64,000 nt of DNA from a virus (IMGVR_UViG_2904150443_000004:64001-128000); one strand, 5' to 3'. Counted from the stretch's first letter, positions 17,122 through 27,016 are shown. The notes: generated by a model from the letters alone, not told the origin. Numbers and translations: made by a program.

Positions 17122-17751
17122 ATACATATCTTCACACTAGAAGGCTTAGATAAGAGTGGTAAATGGAGTCAAGCTGAGAAGCTATATACAAGACTGATGG
17201 CTGAAGGTTATAAAGTAGTAAAGTCAGAACATCATCGATATGATACTCCAACAGGACAATTGATTATGGATTGGTTGACACGTAAATACGATGTCGATCA
17301 ACGAACTATCGAGCTCATCATGACCGCTGATAAACAGGCTCAACAGAGCTGGTATCAACAGTTAGAGCAAGATGGTGTAGAGGTATTAATTTTAGATCGC
17401 TATATGCTTTCTCAGTTGGCCTACTCTAAGGCTGCTGGTGTAGATCTAGAGTGGTCATTACAGCTTCAAAAGTATATGAGAAAGTCCGACATTGATTTTG
17501 TTATTGATATTCCACCAGATGAGTCAATGAGGCGCAAAGGAAAACATAATAATGGCGTAAACGATAAATACGAATCAGATTATAAACTCCTAAGTAATGT
17601 TCAAAATAACTACATTCATCTACCTATTGAGCACACATCCAAGGAAAAATACATAGTAAACGGAATGCAAACAATCGAAGAAATACATGATGAAATTTAC
17701 TCTATTGTGAAAATTCACTTGGAGGACTATGAGAAAGAAAATCGCAATTGA
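17122..17751 (+). CDS. tmk: thymidylate (dTMP) kinase
   Basis: P-loop EGLDKSGK lies upstream of the track start; ILDRY motif; probable ATA start at 17122 after GGGGAG RBS. Confidence 0.85.
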   Translation: MHIFTLEGLDKSGKWSQAEKLYTRLMAEGYKVVKSEHHRYDTPTGQLIMDWLTRKYDVDQRTIELIMTADKQAQQSWYQQLEQDGVEVLILDRYMLSQLAYSKAAGVDLEWSLQLQKYMRKSDIDFVIDIPPDESMRRKGKHNNGVNDKYESDYKLLSNVQNNYIHLPIEHTSKEKYIVNGMQTIEEIHDEIYSIVKIHLEDYEKENRN

Positions 17752-18259
17752 TCAAGATCAGGTACTAGCCGATTTCCTACAGGAGTTAGCATATCGATAT
17801 AACAGTGATTATAATGATAATCTTACTCCTGAATCATTCACAAATTGGAACCTGATGAAGGCTGTTAAGCCCGAATGCGGAATAAAAATATTTCAGTATC
17901 TGGAGGATGGCAAGTTCTTTGCCAACCTTCCAGTAATTAAGGATAGTCAGGAAGTTGTATATGAGTTGAGTAGAATGTTCGAGATATTTATTGTAACTTC
18001 TCCTTGGAACAAATACAGTGTAATCCATAAGTTTGAATGGCTGGAAAAGAACTTTCCATTCTTAGACACAAGGAATTTTGTATTTACGCAGAATAAGCAA
18101 ATTATTAATCCTGATTATTTTATTGATGATAGAGCATTTAATTTCGAAGGAATTAGTGGACATAAATTATTATTTGATGCAGCACACAACCAGAAAGAAA
18201 CAGGATATTACAGAGTGCATGACTGGAAGGAGATTGGCGATATCTTTAAAGTAATCTAG
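17729..18259 (+). CDS. 5'(3')-deoxyribonucleotidase (HAD, YorS-like)
   Basis: IAIDQDQVLAD, KFEWL...FPFL, YFIDD. Confidence 0.85.
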   Translation: MRKKIAIDQDQVLADFLQELAYRYNSDYNDNLTPESFTNWNLMKAVKPECGIKIFQYLEDGKFFANLPVIKDSQEVVYELSRMFEIFIVTSPWNKYSVIHKFEWLEKNFPFLDTRNFVFTQNKQIINPDYFIDDRAFNFEGISGHKLLFDAAHNQKETGYYRVHDWKEIGDIFKVI

Positions 18260-18332
18260 GATTTATATCATGATAAAGAAGTCAGACAGGTAAGCGATAA
18301 AAGGAATGTTTCATTAATAAAGAGGTGTTCAT

Positions 18333-18551
18333 TTGAAATTTCCTGATGAGTGTATTTGTGCCATTAAATATAATTTGAATACAATTAAAACAGTAGAACG
18401 CAGAACAGAATACTTTTCATTCATTGAAAGACAGGAATTCATTAAAGAGTATTATCGACTTAAAAAGGCATGGTACGCAAGTGATGTTAAAGCATATTAT
18501 GCAGAGTTGAAAGAGATGATCGATGTCAATCAAATGTTGACTTCGATTTAG
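18333..18551 (+). CDS. hypothetical protein
   Basis: GAGGTG RBS. Confidence 0.6.
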   Translation: MKFPDECICAIKYNLNTIKTVERRTEYFSFIERQEFIKEYYRLKKAWYASDVKAYYAELKEMIDVNQMLTSI

Positions 18552-18569
18552 AAAATTATAAAAAGGAGA

Positions 18570-19319
18570 ATGTTCATGCCTAGATCAAGAACGTATAAGC
18601 TGTTTCATTCGTGTGAGGAAGAAGAGAGTAAAATCTATTTTAAAACTACTATGAAAGATGAATACTTGATAAAGCTTATTAAAATCTGGTTGCTGCGTCT
18701 TTCAAATATTGTCCAAGAATATGACTTCGGAACAGATGAGATGATGAAAATCCTTGAGACATTCAATTGTGTGCAGGTTAATGAAAAAGATGTTAGAACT
18801 TACTATGAGGCCAATTTGTATGATATCTGGGAGTATGCGAACACATGGTATTCTGATGAGGAGGTTTACAGTCCTGAGTTTACTAATCCAGAAGCAGAGA
18901 AAGTATTTAAGCTAGTAGTTAAACGCAATGAAGAATGGTATGGAAAGCTTAGATGTGAAGAAAATAATTCAACACGCAAAAAATTGTGGGAAGAATTATG
19001 GAAAGATATTTGTACTAATGAAGATGGCACATTAAATCTTGAGCAGATTCAACGAGAGCTTGCCGATTTACATTATATGATAGAGCATGTTCCTAAAGTA
19101 TACAGTGCAGTAACAGGGGACACATTATCTAAGCCAACTTATGCCTCAAAAACGGTTATTAGATTCTATGAAAATCACTTAAATGAAGTGGTAAAAGATA
19201 GGTTTGATGAGGTAATTACTGCTCTTGAAGAAAAGTGGAATAACGCAGATTTAGATGGTGAGGATGGAATTGCTGAAGGGCTTACGTATGCTATTGACTT
19301 GATTGAAAATTATAAATGA
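18570..19319 (+). CDS. hypothetical protein
   Basis: ORF with RBS. Confidence 0.7.
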   Translation: MFMPRSRTYKLFHSCEEEESKIYFKTTMKDEYLIKLIKIWLLRLSNIVQEYDFGTDEMMKILETFNCVQVNEKDVRTYYEANLYDIWEYANTWYSDEEVYSPEFTNPEAEKVFKLVVKRNEEWYGKLRCEENNSTRKKLWEELWKDICTNEDGTLNLEQIQRELADLHYMIEHVPKVYSAVTGDTLSKPTYASKTVIRFYENHLNEVVKDRFDEVITALEEKWNNADLDGEDGIAEGLTYAIDLIENYK

Positions 19320-19331
19320 TAAGAGGAGCGT

Positions 19332-20276
19332 GTGGAATTATTGAAAAGAGGCTCAAAAGAATATCCTAGACATGTTTGTGGTTTAAGTGGAGGCAAGGAC
19401 TCTACGGCGATGGTTATATACATTAAGGAAAACTATCCAGAAATATTTGATAAACTTGAACTATTCTTCACAGATACGGGAAGCGAACTACCTGAAATTT
19501 ATACATATCTTGATAGGCTAGAGAAGCATCTAGGAAAGCCCATTCTACGGATTAAAGCTGCTCCAAAAACAACTGAAAAATTTAAAGTTGTAAGTGGGAT
19601 AGATGAATCGAATCCTTTCGAGGAACTATTGGAACAATATAACGGTTTTCTTCCAGCACCAAATGCAAGATGGTGTACCAGAACAATGAAAATTGTCCCT
19701 TTAGAACAGTGGATTGGTAAAGACCATTGTGTAAGTTATATTGGGATTAGAGCTGATGAAGAAAGAGAAGGCTATAACAGCTCAAAAAGCAAGAGTAAAA
19801 ACATTAAATCTAGATTCTTGTTTCAAGAGGATGGATTAGTACTTAAAGATATTTATCAAATTCTTGAAAATTCTATTGGACTTCCCGAATATTATAAATG
19901 GAGAACAAGATCAGGATGCTATTTTTGTTTTTATCAACGTCGTGTTGAATGGGCTATCTTATATAATCTACATCCAGAATGGTATGAGGAATCTAAAAAA
20001 TATGAAACTCAACATTCTGACGGGAGATTATATACATGGGTGAAAGATAAACCTCTTGAGTATATTGAACAAAATTCAGTTGAAATAATAATTAGATACA
20101 TAAAAAAACAATATAAAAAAGCAATAAATAAAAATGTGTTCACCTTCAAAGAGGATGAAATGATAGAGCTGATTAAAAGTGGGGAACTGAAGAAGCTGCT
20201 AGATAGTTGGGACATGAAAAAACTGCATGATATTGATGGCGAAAATAAAGATGGTTGTACAATATGTGCTATATAG
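19332..20276 (+). CDS. PAPS-reductase-family protein
   Basis: SGGKDS, DTG.E, RWCT..MK, GIRADE, RSGCYFC, C-terminal CxxC. Confidence 0.85.
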   Translation: MELLKRGSKEYPRHVCGLSGGKDSTAMVIYIKENYPEIFDKLELFFTDTGSELPEIYTYLDRLEKHLGKPILRIKAAPKTTEKFKVVSGIDESNPFEELLEQYNGFLPAPNARWCTRTMKIVPLEQWIGKDHCVSYIGIRADEEREGYNSSKSKSKNIKSRFLFQEDGLVLKDIYQILENSIGLPEYYKWRTRSGCYFCFYQRRVEWAILYNLHPEWYEESKKYETQHSDGRLYTWVKDKPLEYIEQNSVEIIIRYIKKQYKKAINKNVFTFKEDEMIELIKSGELKKLLDSWDMKKLHDIDGENKDGCTICAI

Positions 20277-20291
20277 GGACGGTGCTTCTGA

Positions 20292-20882
20292 TTGGACTGG
20301 AAACTTTATCGCGCTAATGGAGAATTTCTTCAGGAGGTGAATTGTCAGTACGATTCACTTGATATCGCCGTAATGATGTATGATGCTACTAAAATTGAAG
20401 TTGATTTCATCAATAAGGAAGCTAGAATACTTGTAATTGGAAATATTACAGAAGTAGAAGAGCTAAAGAGTAGGCTTCTTAATGTGGGAGCTTGGAAAAG
20501 AGAAGGTAGAAAAGCTCCTCATAAACCTTTATTATTATTGTTCTCATTAAGCAAACTACTTAAAGAGAATAGAAAAACTCTAAAGTTTGATGAAATAAAA
20601 AATGAATTCAAGAAAATCCTTCTTAAATTCGGCGGAACAAAGCGACCACATCCTGAGTATCCATTTATATATCTTAAAAACGATGGGATTTGGAAGCTTA
20701 ATGCCGACATTAATGGTAAGCATATGAACAGTGAACAATTGAGTATGCTTGTTGGTGGATTTAATGATGATATTTGCTCAATCTTGGAGAATAATCATGA
20801 ACTAATTGAAGATTTGATTGACATGATATTAGAAGAGTTCTTCCCTAAAGAAGTGCATTGTAGTTTATTAGAAGCTATATAA
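20292..20882 (+). CDS. sulfur-binding-domain (SBD)-like protein without nuclease domain
   Basis: W.REGRKAPHKPLLLL and PEYPFIYLKNDGIW resemble the SBD of phosphorothioate-dependent endonucleases; no HNH motif. Confidence 0.65.
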   Translation: MDWKLYRANGEFLQEVNCQYDSLDIAVMMYDATKIEVDFINKEARILVIGNITEVEELKSRLLNVGAWKREGRKAPHKPLLLLFSLSKLLKENRKTLKFDEIKNEFKKILLKFGGTKRPHPEYPFIYLKNDGIWKLNADINGKHMNSEQLSMLVGGFNDDICSILENNHELIEDLIDMILEEFFPKEVHCSLLEAI

Positions 20883-20906
20883 GGAATACAATAAAAACAA
20901 TATTTC

Positions 20907-21224
20907 ATGAGCCAATCACGAAAGGTGGGGTTTGGAGAAATGAAAATCCATGGAGATGCTAGTGATAATGAAATAAGTATTGAAATTGGAGATATTATTT
21001 CCATAGGAAGCAGTTACTATCTAATTGCTTGGAACTTAAAAGAGTTCCAAAGTGTAAATGGATATCATCATGACGGAATTCGATTAGTTAATTTATCTAC
21101 TAGTACAGTAACAGAGCAGCGTTACGGCAGTATTAGTGAGCTAAAAAGTATCTTGCTTCGTGAAGATAGAAAAGTTGTGATATATGATGGTGAGAGTGTA
21201 GAAATGATTTTATCTAGAAAATAA
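20907..21224 (+). CDS. hypothetical protein
   Basis: ORF. Confidence 0.6.
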   Translation: MSQSRKVGFGEMKIHGDASDNEISIEIGDIISIGSSYYLIAWNLKEFQSVNGYHHDGIRLVNLSTSTVTEQRYGSISELKSILLREDRKVVIYDGESVEMILSRK

Positions 21225-21278
21225 AAAGTTAAAACTATACATATAAATGATGAAATATAGATTTTAAAGGGTGATACT

Positions 21279-21698
21279 ATGAATTTCAATAATAAGATGA
21301 ATAAACTCAGGGAAGAAATTGAGTTGAAACAGCGTGAGTTAGATATATTGGAAAAGGATAATTTTAATCCATTAGGAAAGTGGAGAATTAGCACCGAGGG
21401 AGATTGTGAAGGTCGTTCTAAGAAACAGCTTGGGGATTATACAGGTAATTTACTTGATATTGTAAAACAATTGAGTAATCAAGCATTCTATTCTCTAGAC
21501 TGTGAGAGAGTTGAGTATTTACATACAGAACATAAAAAGGAGAGTAAGGAGGTTCATTTTAGGGTTATAGATAAAAGCATAAAACTGTTTGATAAAGATG
21601 AGCAATTACGTAAGTTGTTACCACATGTTTCCGAAGGTCATTCTTTAAGTCATGGTTATTATTTTGGCGCTGTGAAGTTGGAATGGGAAGAAAAGTGA
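21279..21698 (+). CDS. hypothetical protein
   Basis: GGGGTG RBS, ORF. Confidence 0.7.
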   Translation: MNFNNKMNKLREEIELKQRELDILEKDNFNPLGKWRISTEGDCEGRSKKQLGDYTGNLLDIVKQLSNQAFYSLDCERVEYLHTEHKKESKEVHFRVIDKSIKLFDKDEQLRKLLPHVSEGHSLSHGYYFGAVKLEWEEK

Positions 21699-21723
21699 AA
21701 CCTAATCTATTCTAAAAGGAGAA

Positions 21724-21975
21724 GTGATAATTATCGGTAAAACTATTTGTAAGTTTATTGCTTATACATTAATTGGCGTTATTCTTTATTTCTCGATATT
21801 CATGCCTGAACTATCAATTACTTTAACTGGTGGTTTTGCATGGGCTGCTGTTCTATTATCTTATGGTTTTGGATTTATTCTTGTCTACATTGGTTTGTTT
21901 GGAGGAGAGTTCACTTACAGCTCTAAAGGTATTAAGGGTTGGATTAAGGAAATGAGAAAAAGAAACCAAAAATAA
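21724..21975 (+). CDS. 2-TM membrane protein
   Basis: Two hydrophobic segments. Confidence 0.6.
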   Translation: MIIIGKTICKFIAYTLIGVILYFSIFMPELSITLTGGFAWAAVLLSYGFGFILVYIGLFGGEFTYSSKGIKGWIKEMRKRNQK

Positions 21976-22005
21976 ATAATAAAAACATGTAAGGGGATTT
22001 ATGAA

Positions 22006-22365
22006 ATGAATAAACGAGATCTTGATATTGATCTTGTAATATGCAATGCTGCAACTCCTTTGCCATGGTTTGTACACAACACTCAGCTTGGAAGATGCCA
22101 TACGTACACCAGCATTGACGGTGTATTAACGATGGTAGCAGAAGATGCTCATACAGCAGATGCAATATTCATTGCGGCAGCACGCGAAGGTTGGCCTGAA
22201 GCCATTAGCAGAGCAATATCAGCTGAAAGAGAGGTAGATAGGCTCCAAAAGGCATTACATGAGATCAACGATCATATAAGAGGCACATCTAATCCAATAT
22301 CATATATTGTAGAAACACTACATCAGACATTGCCAGAATACATAGAAAAAGCACCTGAATTTTAA
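22006..22365 (+). CDS. phage hypothetical protein (DAxFIAAAR motif)
   Basis: ATPLPW...DAIFIAAAREGWP, a recurrent phage motif. Confidence 0.65.
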   Translation: MNKRDLDIDLVICNAATPLPWFVHNTQLGRCHTYTSIDGVLTMVAEDAHTADAIFIAAAREGWPEAISRAISAEREVDRLQKALHEINDHIRGTSNPISYIVETLHQTLPEYIEKAPEF

Positions 22366-22399
22366 CATGTAATGAAAGCATCCTTTCATGGGATAGGAG

Positions 22400-23056
22400 G
22401 TGAATGGAATAGCACTTAAATTACCGACTGTTGAAGAAATTAAACAATCAAGACTTAGGTGTAAAGAGGAGGGACAGCTTGAGCGTGTAACATGTGGATT
22501 TACTGGACATAGACCAAGTAAGTTAGGTGGTTGCTACAGTTTAAAGCATCCTGAATCTCTTAGAATTGTGGAGACTCTTAAGCCAATACTTGAGCAACTA
22601 ATTAATGAAGAAGGAATCAGACAGTTCATTTCAGGTGGAGCTATTGGATTTGATCAAATTGCATTCTGGACTGTTCAGTCATTGAAAAAGCAATATCCTG
22701 AACTTGTAAATATTGTAGCGGTTCCTTTTAAAAATCAACCGTGCAAATGGACAGATAAGGAGACTCTTCACTGGTATAACAAAATGCTTCAGGTGGCAGA
22801 TGAGGTTATTTATGTTGACACTCTCGACAAATACAGTGTTGATGGAACAAAAGTTGAAGAATATCATGTAGCAAAAATGCAGAAGAGAAATGAATTCATG
22901 GTTGATAAGAGTAGAGTAATGATTGCCTGTTATGATGGGTCAAGAGGTGGTACTGGAAATTGCGTAGCTTATCTAACAAAGAAGGGAAAAACACTATATC
23001 AAATCAATCCAAATTATAATTATAAACTGGAAGTGAGATATGGAATATTCCATTGA
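22400..23056 (+). CDS. SLOG/YspA (DUF1273) family protein
   Basis: FTGHRP, ISGGAIGFDQ, RNEFMVD, GGTGN. Confidence 0.85.
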   Translation: MNGIALKLPTVEEIKQSRLRCKEEGQLERVTCGFTGHRPSKLGGCYSLKHPESLRIVETLKPILEQLINEEGIRQFISGGAIGFDQIAFWTVQSLKKQYPELVNIVAVPFKNQPCKWTDKETLHWYNKMLQVADEVIYVDTLDKYSVDGTKVEEYHVAKMQKRNEFMVDKSRVMIACYDGSRGGTGNCVAYLTKKGKTLYQINPNYNYKLEVRYGIFH

Positions 23057-23354
23057 GGAGGATGAAAGAATGTCAAAAAAATATAAATATTATCAAATAG
23101 GGTTTGCCGAAAGAGAGTCTGATATAAAATTAATTGATGACATTGTAACTTTCTTTGGAAGTGTTGAAGTAATAAAAGAAATTGAAAACTCAGGTAGACA
23201 GAATCTTTGGTCAACATCGAAATTTTATCATCTCGCTTACTCTCTATTTTTCTTTTCGATTAGGGAAAGGTATTGCGATGCAGCAAGACATAAAGAAGCT
23301 GTAAAATATAAAAAATCAAGTGAACTTGAGAATTTACCAATATTAATAGTATAG
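23040..23354 (+). CDS. hypothetical protein
   Basis: ORF; likely start at internal MSKK. Confidence 0.55.
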   Translation: MEYSIEEDERMSKKYKYYQIGFAERESDIKLIDDIVTFFGSVEVIKEIENSGRQNLWSTSKFYHLAYSLFFFSIRERYCDAARHKEAVKYKKSSELENLPILIV

Positions 23355-23372
23355 GATCATAGTGGATAGGAG

Positions 23373-23621
23373 ATGGAAATGACAATTAACATTAATAAAC
23401 CAAGTTGCTACGAATTAAAGTTATTCATTACAAAAGGCACATTACTTATTGCTAATACAAGCGAGTTCGATTTAACAGAGGGTAGGATATATGCAGCCAT
23501 GAGAAACCAAGGAGATAGCACTTTCGGTGATTGCATCTTCATTAAGAATAACAAGGGTAATGTAGAAGATTATACATTAGAGAACTTTTGTCTATACGAA
23601 GGGGAAATAGTATCACAATAA
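23373..23621 (+). CDS. hypothetical protein (SH3-like, DUF6501-like)
   Basis: LTEGRIY...IKNNKGNVEDYTLENF. Confidence 0.55.
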   Translation: MEMTININKPSCYELKLFITKGTLLIANTSEFDLTEGRIYAAMRNQGDSTFGDCIFIKNNKGNVEDYTLENFCLYEGEIVSQ

Positions 23622-23864
23622 CTTCAAAAATATCTAAACTACTTCTATCAACGGAATAAAACATATCTTTCATGCAGTGATTAAAATATTTGAGCTAATC
23701 TTCATGATGATGCTAATCATTGCTAGGGGAGTATGTTGATGAAAAATTTTAAAAGTAAAAGATGATACAAAGACGTTCGAGCATAATTGGAATCGAAGAA
23801 AGATGCAAATAGAGTTTGGGATAAGGTTGATGATTGGTTAGACATCTTACAGTAAAAATAAAAT

Positions 23865-23886
23865 AGACCGTCACAATGGACGGTCT
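23865..23886 (-). terminator. terminator of minus-strand secreted protein gene
   Basis: AGACCGTC-N6-GACGGTCT with A-run on the + strand upstream. Confidence 0.7.
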
Positions 23887-23894
23887 GCCCTGAA

Positions 23895-24197
23895 TTAGAT
23901 GACTTTGATATGCCATGTCCAGATATGAACGCCATTCTTATATCCGTAAATAACAGCATTTCCATAACCTTTAGTCACAACTTTAAGTGTTGGTCTTATT
24001 TCTACCACCGAGAAACCAGATACTACTTCAAAACGAAGATCATCTCTAGGAAGCGGATAAGCGCCACCATAATACAGTTCTACGTATGTGTCTCCTGCTG
24101 CTGCTTCAACAGATGTTGCGGGTGTTAAGGTGATTCCAACAATTGTGCTCAAAGCCAGTGATGTACAAAGAAGAATTTTTTGAAGTGATATTTTCAA
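23895..24197 (-). CDS. secreted small beta-rich protein (moron-like)
   Basis: Minus-strand AGGAGG RBS, Sec signal ending VEA, own terminator. Confidence 0.75.
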   Translation of the reverse strand: MKISLQKILLCTSLALSTIVGITLTPATSVEAAAGDTYVELYYGGAYPLPRDDLRFEVVSGFSVVEIRPTLKVVTKGYGNAVIYGYKNGVHIWTWHIKVI

Positions 24198-24408
24198 GAA
24201 AATAACCTCCTTTTACTGGTATACGTTCAATAGCAGTCTAACATACTATAAAAAGGAAATCAATGAAATAATAGACATCTATGGGGTTCCTTACTTCTTA
24301 ATCACATGTGGAGAATAAAGAGTAGAGAGAGTTTAAAAGATTGGTCATTTAGGGGAGTTATTATTAGCTAGAATAAAATCAAATCAAATTTTTATGAGGT
24401 GATATTAA

Positions 24409-24624
24409 ATGAACTTTGATCTTGTGTATCTTGAACCGCTTAGTATTCATGCTTATAGAAGACCTGATTGTGGAATTCCACTGGTTACAGGAGTGTACTT
24501 TATTGAACCAGATGAACACCTTGAAGGTAGACTGTGTTATGAAGTAACCTATGAAGATGGATACAAAGATTATGTAACTAAGAGTGATGTAGATGAGGGG
24601 AAATACAGATTTTTAGTTAAATAA
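24409..24624 (+). CDS. hypothetical protein
   Basis: GAGGTG RBS. Confidence 0.65.
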   Translation: MNFDLVYLEPLSIHAYRRPDCGIPLVTGVYFIEPDEHLEGRLCYEVTYEDGYKDYVTKSDVDEGKYRFLVK

Positions 24625-24666
24625 AATATATATAACTACTATATATTATACTTATGGAGGAAAAAA

Positions 24667-24981
24667 TTGAAAAAATTTATTTGTGAAGTAGTTAAAAAAG
24701 ATAGGTATGAAATTGAAATCGATGATCAAATGTTAGATGAGGACTGGATGGAGCGTTTTAATTTCTGTAATAGGCTTGAATACGACTGTCTTGAAGAACA
24801 TGCAGTACGCATCTCTAAACATATGTCAAAAAGTTATGACAGTTATATTGATGGATATGGATACCCTCTTATCAATGGGCATAAGCACTATGCTGCGTTT
24901 GATTATCAAGTTGAATCTGGTATAAATATCAAGATTCTCAATGATGAGGATGATATTGAAGTAGATGTTTTTGAGATATAA
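24667..24981 (+). CDS. hypothetical protein
   Basis: GGAGG RBS. Confidence 0.7.
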   Translation: MKKFICEVVKKDRYEIEIDDQMLDEDWMERFNFCNRLEYDCLEEHAVRISKHMSKSYDSYIDGYGYPLINGHKHYAAFDYQVESGINIKILNDEDDIEVDVFEI

Positions 24982-25017
24982 AATTACGTTTTTATCATAC
25001 ATAAGGAGGAATCTGTT

Positions 25018-25311
25018 ATGGGGATTATTGATAAATTTAAGGGTTGGTTTGGTAAGAAGGAGATGGAGAGTGCTATTGATAGCATCAATATGGAAAAAGC
25101 GAAACAAGATATCAGTGATGCTGCAAGCAGACTTATTGAAGCGTTCGGAACTCTTTCAAAGAGTATGGAATATCAAATGAATAACAAAGATATTTGTGAA
25201 CATGGAAATGAAATTGAACGCTTGACTAAGATTATGAGCAACACAAAAAACAAAAGAATTAAAAAGAAATTGTTGAAGAGAATCGAGATTCTTAAAGAAA
25301 GTGGGTTCTAA
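25018..25311 (+). CDS. hypothetical protein
   Basis: AAGGAGG RBS. Confidence 0.7.
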   Translation: MGIIDKFKGWFGKKEMESAIDSINMEKAKQDISDAASRLIEAFGTLSKSMEYQMNNKDICEHGNEIERLTKIMSNTKNKRIKKKLLKRIEILKESGF

Positions 25312-25537
25312 AAAAGTGAATAATATAAATATTGAAAAGGTGTTTGTAAATCAGTTTGGCTCGAAAAAATGGTTCGAAGTTCATTTTAAGTATGATGAAC
25401 AAACTATCAGTATTAATCTTGACCTTGAGGAAATGAAAAAGCTAGGAGTAACAAAGTCTTTGAATGGTACAAAAAAGCTAAGAGAATGGCTAATGTCTGA
25501 TAAAGGCTATGACTATATTAAACGCAGTATGAAATAA
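25301..25537 (+). CDS. hypothetical protein
   Basis: ORF. Confidence 0.55.
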   Translation: MGSKKVNNINIEKVFVNQFGSKKWFEVHFKYDEQTISINLDLEEMKKLGVTKSLNGTKKLREWLMSDKGYDYIKRSMK

Positions 25538-25556
25538 CTATTTCAAAGGAGATTAA

Positions 25557-25658
25557 ATGCAATTTTATATACCATTATGGGCAATTCCAGTTATTGGCAC
25601 TGTTATTATTGTTGGGATTATTTCAATTTGGAAGGTGCTAAGAAAACCTTTAGGTTAA
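25557..25658 (+). CDS. 33-aa single-TM peptide (MQFYIPLWAIPVIGTVIIVGIISIWKVLRKPLG)
   Basis: AAGGAG RBS directly after palindrome 25529; below track cutoff. Confidence 0.6.
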   Translation: MQFYIPLWAIPVIGTVIIVGIISIWKVLRKPLG

Positions 25659-25699
25659 ATTATATGAAATTAAATAAAATAAATATATGAGGTGATAAA

Positions 25700-25849
25700 A
25701 TGAGTATGCAATATGGAGCTGACGATAAGAGCAAAGTTGGAGAGTTAGTTCAAAAATTATTGGATTCATGGCCTTATGATGATGAATACTTGAAGATTCG
25801 AGTACATTATTCGGATGGATCTTGGTTTGTAACACGAGACCATAAATAA
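25700..25849 (+). CDS. small hypothetical protein (49 aa)
   Basis: GAGGTG RBS. Confidence 0.55.
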   Translation: MSMQYGADDKSKVGELVQKLLDSWPYDDEYLKIRVHYSDGSWFVTRDHK

Positions 25850-25920
25850 GTAGGTTATAAATTCTTGATTTTATAAAAAAGACAGCCTCACCGTAGCAAG
25901 ACCGCCTTAACCAAATCTAT

Positions 25921-26160
25921 TTAATTGATAAGCAATGACCATTGCCACTCGAAGTCAAAGTGATTGCGAAGAATCCACTTATTTGTATCTTCGAGATCGC
26001 CTGAACAACTATTACCTGAACTACATAAAAAATAAACAGGTTTATCAAACTGCTCTGAGATCGAGTTTCTAATAATAAAGTAACTATCAGGATTTTTTTC
26101 AAGCTTCCAAGATAACATTACTACTACAAATTCTTTTTTCACAAAGTATTTAAATTGCAT
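25921..26160 (-). CDS. hypothetical protein
   Basis: Minus-strand AAAGGAGTG RBS. Confidence 0.6.
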   Translation of the reverse strand: MQFKYFVKKEFVVVMLSWKLEKNPDSYFIIRNSISEQFDKPVYFLCSSGNSCSGDLEDTNKWILRNHFDFEWQWSLLIN

Positions 26161-26294
26161 AATATCACTCCTTTCAAGAATTATTTTAAGAGGGCTCTCC
26201 TCTTTAAGCTAATTATGCAGAAAAATATGAGATTAAAGTAAGAAAATCGGTTCTACCTTGTTCAATAAAATTTTAAAAAAGGAGATTCAAAATT

Positions 26295-26582
26295 ATGAAT
26301 GAAATCAAAATCAAACGTGAACTGCTAGAAAAGTATGGGCTACCTGATTGTGGAATCAATGGAGTGAAACTTATTAGAGATGATATTACAGACAATTCAA
26401 GATGGTCAATTCACCATGAAATAATTTTCAAGTGGACTGATGGGAAATTCTATAGAGCGTATTATTCTGTAGGTGCAACAGAATCACAAGATGAGGCTCC
26501 ATGGGAATACGAGGATGAAGTCGAATGTGTAGAGGTGTATCAAGTTGAGAAGATGGTCAAAGTTTGGGAAGATGTTTTATAA
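26295..26582 (+). CDS. conserved phage protein
   Basis: SRWSIH...YSVGATESQDEAPW. Confidence 0.7.
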   Translation: MNEIKIKRELLEKYGLPDCGINGVKLIRDDITDNSRWSIHHEIIFKWTDGKFYRAYYSVGATESQDEAPWEYEDEVECVEVYQVEKMVKVWEDVL

Positions 26583-26610
26583 ATATCTAATGAAATAGGA
26601 ATTTGATAAG

Positions 26611-26936
26611 GTGAGTGTAATTAATATGAACGAACATAAGATTGATCACATAGAAAAAGCTCTTAATGCTACTCTTACTGGTCAACAAAGGATGAGTTTA
26701 TTATCTGATGAAGATGTGTTCTGTGTAGGTGGAAGAGGAAGTGGACGGACTTTTGTACACTGTATCAAACTTGCCTTATCAGATGGAAACCCCTTGATAT
26801 AAGGAAGTCAGAAAAATTCTCTGACAGTAGTGATAGTGAAGTACTGTATGCTCGTGGATATTATAAAAGAATGTTTATGGAGGTTTGGCATAGTCTCCGT
26901 GATTATGGATTCAAGGTGAGAGAAGTGAAATCTTGA
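26611..26936 (+). pseudogene. frameshifted hypothetical gene
   Basis: Frame stops at 26802 but coding continues in the -1 frame from A-AAC-CCC (about 26787) to TGA 26936. Confidence 0.5.
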
Positions 26937-26954
26937 GAACGTCTTCCAGTTTAC

Positions 26955-26998
26955 AGAACGTTTGTTTGGTGTATAATAAGAATGCAAACAAACGTTCT
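26955..26998 (+). promoter_or_regulatory. two LexA boxes flanking the -10 of the polY promoter
   Basis: AGAACGTTTGTTTG (26955-68), TATAAT (26972-77), CAAACAAACGTTCT (26985-98). Confidence 0.8.
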
Positions 26999-27016
26999 GT
27001 ATGAGGTGGAGTTGAA

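Noticed and set aside
8521-20882. Complete Dnd phosphorothioation cluster
   Set aside because: The DndB-like gene is better explained as YopQ-like and is about 10 kb from the PAPS-family gene. No DndA, DndD or DndE is visible.
26611-26802. Terminase fragment (GGRGSGRT)
   Set aside because: Too short, and the Walker A Lys is missing.
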